Part shown: one piece after another, positions 60,895 to 64,000 of the stretch
How the letters are laid out: each line of letters opens with the position of its first letter
Position numbering within the stretch: the first letter of the stretch is position 1
Assembly: GCA_001244265.2 (NCBI GenBank)
Contig: CDLV01000007.1
Span: 310,001 to 374,000, forward strand
DNA from: Microbotryum violaceum
Lineage: Eukaryota
DNA length: 64,000 nt
Direction of reading: 5' to 3'
The notes under the pieces: generated by a model
Told to the model about the DNA's origin: nothing
The model's input: the letters and a program-made list of their open reading frames with translations, nothing else
The model's database searches: none
Program-made: the position numbers and the translations under genes

Positions 60895-62685
60895 ATGCCA
60901 GTCACCGCGACGCGGAGGCGGTCCTTGACCGCTCGCTTGGTCGAGACCGTTCGTTTCTATGGACCTCTCGGGTTTACATCGTTTGGTGGACCATCAGCAA
61001 ATTGTAAGCAAGTTTTGGATGATCTCTACGGAAGGTACCGACTGCCAACGTACGCCGGCGCCGACGATACCTAACGCGCCTTCAAGTCTTGAATATGTGC
61101 CCCGCTTGGCTCCAGGTCTGAGGCCCGCGCTGATAGATTCGGGACCGTCTGCTCAATCGCAGTAATTTTGCTCCGCAAGATCTTCGTCATTCGCGAAAAA
61201 TGGATCGATGACACGACGTTCCAAGATTTGCTCGCATTGGGGAACGCCCTGCCCGGTCCGGCCTTCTCTCAAATCGCCTTCTCCATCTCGGCGATTCGAG
61301 GAGGCACCCCGGCGGCCGTACTCTCATTCGTTCTCTTGACCGGCCCGGGCATGTGTGCCATGATCGGTATCGCATTTGGAGTCAAGAGAATCCCCAATAC
61401 GCTTCCAGACATTGCGTTCGCACTTTTCACCGGGCTCAACTCGACGGCTATTGGACTCGTTTCGCTTGCGGCGTACCAGCTGAGTCTGAAGGTCATTACA
61501 GACGACATCACTCGTCTGTTGGTCTTCTTGATGGGTGCAATTTCGGCTTGCTACGAATCGCAATGGCTCTACCCCGTATTAATGGCTGCGAGCGGAATTT
61601 CTACTTACTTGTTCGACGAGGCGACCGAGTACCGAGTCACGCGAAGAACTAGACGTGAGCGAATTGCAGAATCCCCCGTCGTGCCTGAACAATCCGAGGA
61701 CATCGAGATGGACATCGCTCGGCCGATACCAGCCGTCACGAGGGATTCCATCGAGGCAGAAACACTGCACAAAAGATCGGTCGTCACTCGGCGTGACAGT
61801 CATTGCGAGTCGAGGGGACGCTACCCGACTCCGCCTCCTGAAGCATCCTCCTCTCGGCCCAGCCAGGGTAACACGAGCGACGACGCGGGTGCCGAGGTTC
61901 AAGAGGAGGAGCCACCGTACTTCGCCATCACGGTCAAGCAAGGCTTGATGATCTGCACCGGCTTCTTCGCTCTTCTGATCTCCTTGATCGTCTCGCGCGC
62001 CTTGACGCCTCGAGCACGGATCCTCGACTTCGTGACCAACCTCATGCTTGGCGGCACGCTCATCTTTGGTGGCGGGCCCGTCGTGATTCCTCTCTTGCGA
62101 TCATACACCGTCGATCCAGGGTGGGTCGCCCCGCGCGATTTCCTCCTCGGTTTTGCGTTGCTGCAAGCCCTACCCGGCCCTCAATTCAACTTTGCCGCGT
62201 TCTTAGGAGTTCTTGTGATCCCATCCCAGCCATTCTTGGGTGGCCTCTTGGGCGCGATGGCGATCTTTACCCCAGGAATATTGCTCAAGTTGGGTGCTCT
62301 ACCTTTGTATCAAAAATTCAAGACTAACGGTCCGGTGCGGAGCGTCTTGAGGGGTTTCAACGCGGGGGCCATCGGACTCGTACGTCTCGAAGTGACCGCG
62401 TCCGCAGTTGGACCTGGAGCGAGCAGCTTGCTGATAGAGTTATCGTCCTTCCCTCCCCAGATCTACTCGGCCGTCTATCGCCTCTTCCGAGTCGGCTTCG
62501 TCCAAGGATCGACCCTCGACCCCGGCGTCCCCGCAGCCTTCCGATCTCTCGATCAGGATGGCTTCTGGGTTTCGATCGTAGCGGCGACTTTTGTCGCGTG
62601 TGGTTGGTTCAACGTTCCGACACCGGTTGCGATCTTGGTAGGAGCGATTGGAGGGTTGGCTTGGTATGTTGTTCAGCAAGCTTAG
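60895..62685 (+). CDS. Chromate ion transporter (CHR family, bidomain long-chain ChrA-like)
   Basis: GFTSFGGP, WIDDTTFQDLLALGNALPGP, second domain GTLIFGGGPVVIPLL and FLLGFALLQALPGPQFNFAAFLG; introns near 61005-61162 and 62380-62460. Confidence 0.92.
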
Positions 62686-63182
62686 TCATGCTTTGGGGGT
62701 ACATATAATATTGTCTGTAGCATCTGGCCCGGTCAAGATGCGATCGGGGGTGGAGGGGAATGAGAAATTGAATGACTATGATTACAAGACCACCGAAGCC
62801 GACAGCTAGACCACCCCCAAAACACGCAGCGTCCAAAAGCGCAGCCAATGAAATAGTACGTGAGGTAAAGCCTACTGTACGAGACAAAGAGCAAAGACCA
62901 GAGATAGGCTCTTCTCCCGAAACCCCCAAGCCATGCTATCGCTGCTGGCATGGACACAGACTACGTTCAACAGCGCGTGTAGGGGTGTATCGCTTCTTGG
63001 AACCTTGATGATGTTTACGAGGGACAGACTGCTCGTGTAGTGGTAAACATGGACCTCGTAGTGGTTGTAGACGACTGTCGGTTCGTCATGATGGGATTAG
63101 CTTGCTTGTTGGCCTACTGCGGCACCGAAGCTTGGTATTCGTACCCGGTCGACTGTTGCTGTTGCTGGACGGGGGGCAAAGT

Positions 63183-64000
63183 CTAATTTGTCTTCTTTCT
63201 ACGACCATTTGACGAGGCCTTGTGCTCGACATGATTGGTGCGCTGTTCCCGCCTCGGACATTGATTCGCCGTATGATCGCGGCTGAAGCAAAATTGGCAA
63301 GGCGTGTCGAGGTGACGGCGGAGGGACCAGAGCAAATTCTCGAACGACGGAAGTTGTTTCTGACCAGGTTCGAGGCGGCGTATGACAGCCGATCGCCAAG
63401 GCTCAAGTGCTGGGGGTATGTTGGCGAGGAGTCGAGCTGCCATGAGCTGTTCGACGTCGATTTCGTTCTTCCTTATGTGGGTCGTCAAGTTTAGGACTCG
63501 CTTGGACCATTCGAGGAAACCTGCGTGATCGGAGGGCATACGGGGCATGTTGCAAAATTTGTCGACGAGGGAAATTGTGGCGAGGGCGTCGTTGGGTGCG
63601 TATCGTTCCCGAAAGGCGACCCACCAGTCGTGAGCCGTTGCGTCGGGATCCATGGCAAGGAGCATATGGAGCGCTTGGTCGGTTACGGATGCCAGGATGA
63701 TCATGCGTGCGTAATGCTCCCACTTGGCGCAAACGTCTTGAGTCCAGGTATCAGAGATCGTGCCGTGTTTGGTAAAGGTGTAAACCTCCCTAGGGACCAA
63801 AAACGACATGTTGCGATCCCATTCCCAGAAGTTTTCGCTCCCCTTCAGTTTGCAGTGGTCGGGGATTTCGGGGATCACGTAGGATGGGAGGTGGGGAGGT
63901 TCAAGACGCCGAGCTTTACGCGCTAGTTCGTCGTATTCCTTCTTTGTCAATATCACCGTCGAGGACTCTCCATCCGGATTAAGGGGCTGCGGACTCGTGG
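63183..64000 (-). mobile_element. Copia-like gag ORF (intact within the window, open to the window edge), no pol visible downstream
   Basis: KLKGSENFWEW (copia gag N-terminal motif), TAHDWWVAFRERY and zinc knuckle CQFCFSRDHTANQC; stop at 63183; the frame stays open upstream to 64000. Confidence 0.75.

Overview
Intron-rich eukaryotic DNA (GT-AG introns of about 60-100 nt, CTRAC/CTGAC branch sites), most consistent with a basidiomycete fungus, possibly a Pucciniomycotina/Microbotryomycetes-like yeast (inference from gene style). About 20 spliced protein genes can be read: a DExH RNA helicase with dsRBD-like N-terminus, an MFS sugar porter, a DNAJC9-like J-protein, glycyl-tRNA synthetase, ribosomal protein uL13, an Oca2/Siw14-like pseudophosphatase, nucleoside diphosphate kinase, an RlpA/expansin-like secreted protein, two tandem OPT transporters, a Nur1-like nuclear rim protein, an AYR1-like SDR, a MARVEL-like protein, a class II DAHP synthase, a GST, a PPR protein, a divergent ACBP-domain protein and a chromate (CHR) transporter. 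Mobile DNA includes a 3' LINE remnant (16.5-17.2 kb), a scrambled Ty1/copia relic with a 193-bp inverted duplication (48-51.3 kb), a TA-flanked MITE with 150-bp TIRs (51.4-51.8 kb) and a gag-only ORF at the window edge. I cannot support a clearly new biological system. The best leads are the hairpin-forming transposon nest, the microexon-rich OPT pair (one copy frameshifted), an ORF split by a single in-frame TGA, the dead phosphatase P-loop and dual-start GlyRS. Exon boundaries and family assignments are read by eye; no database search was run.
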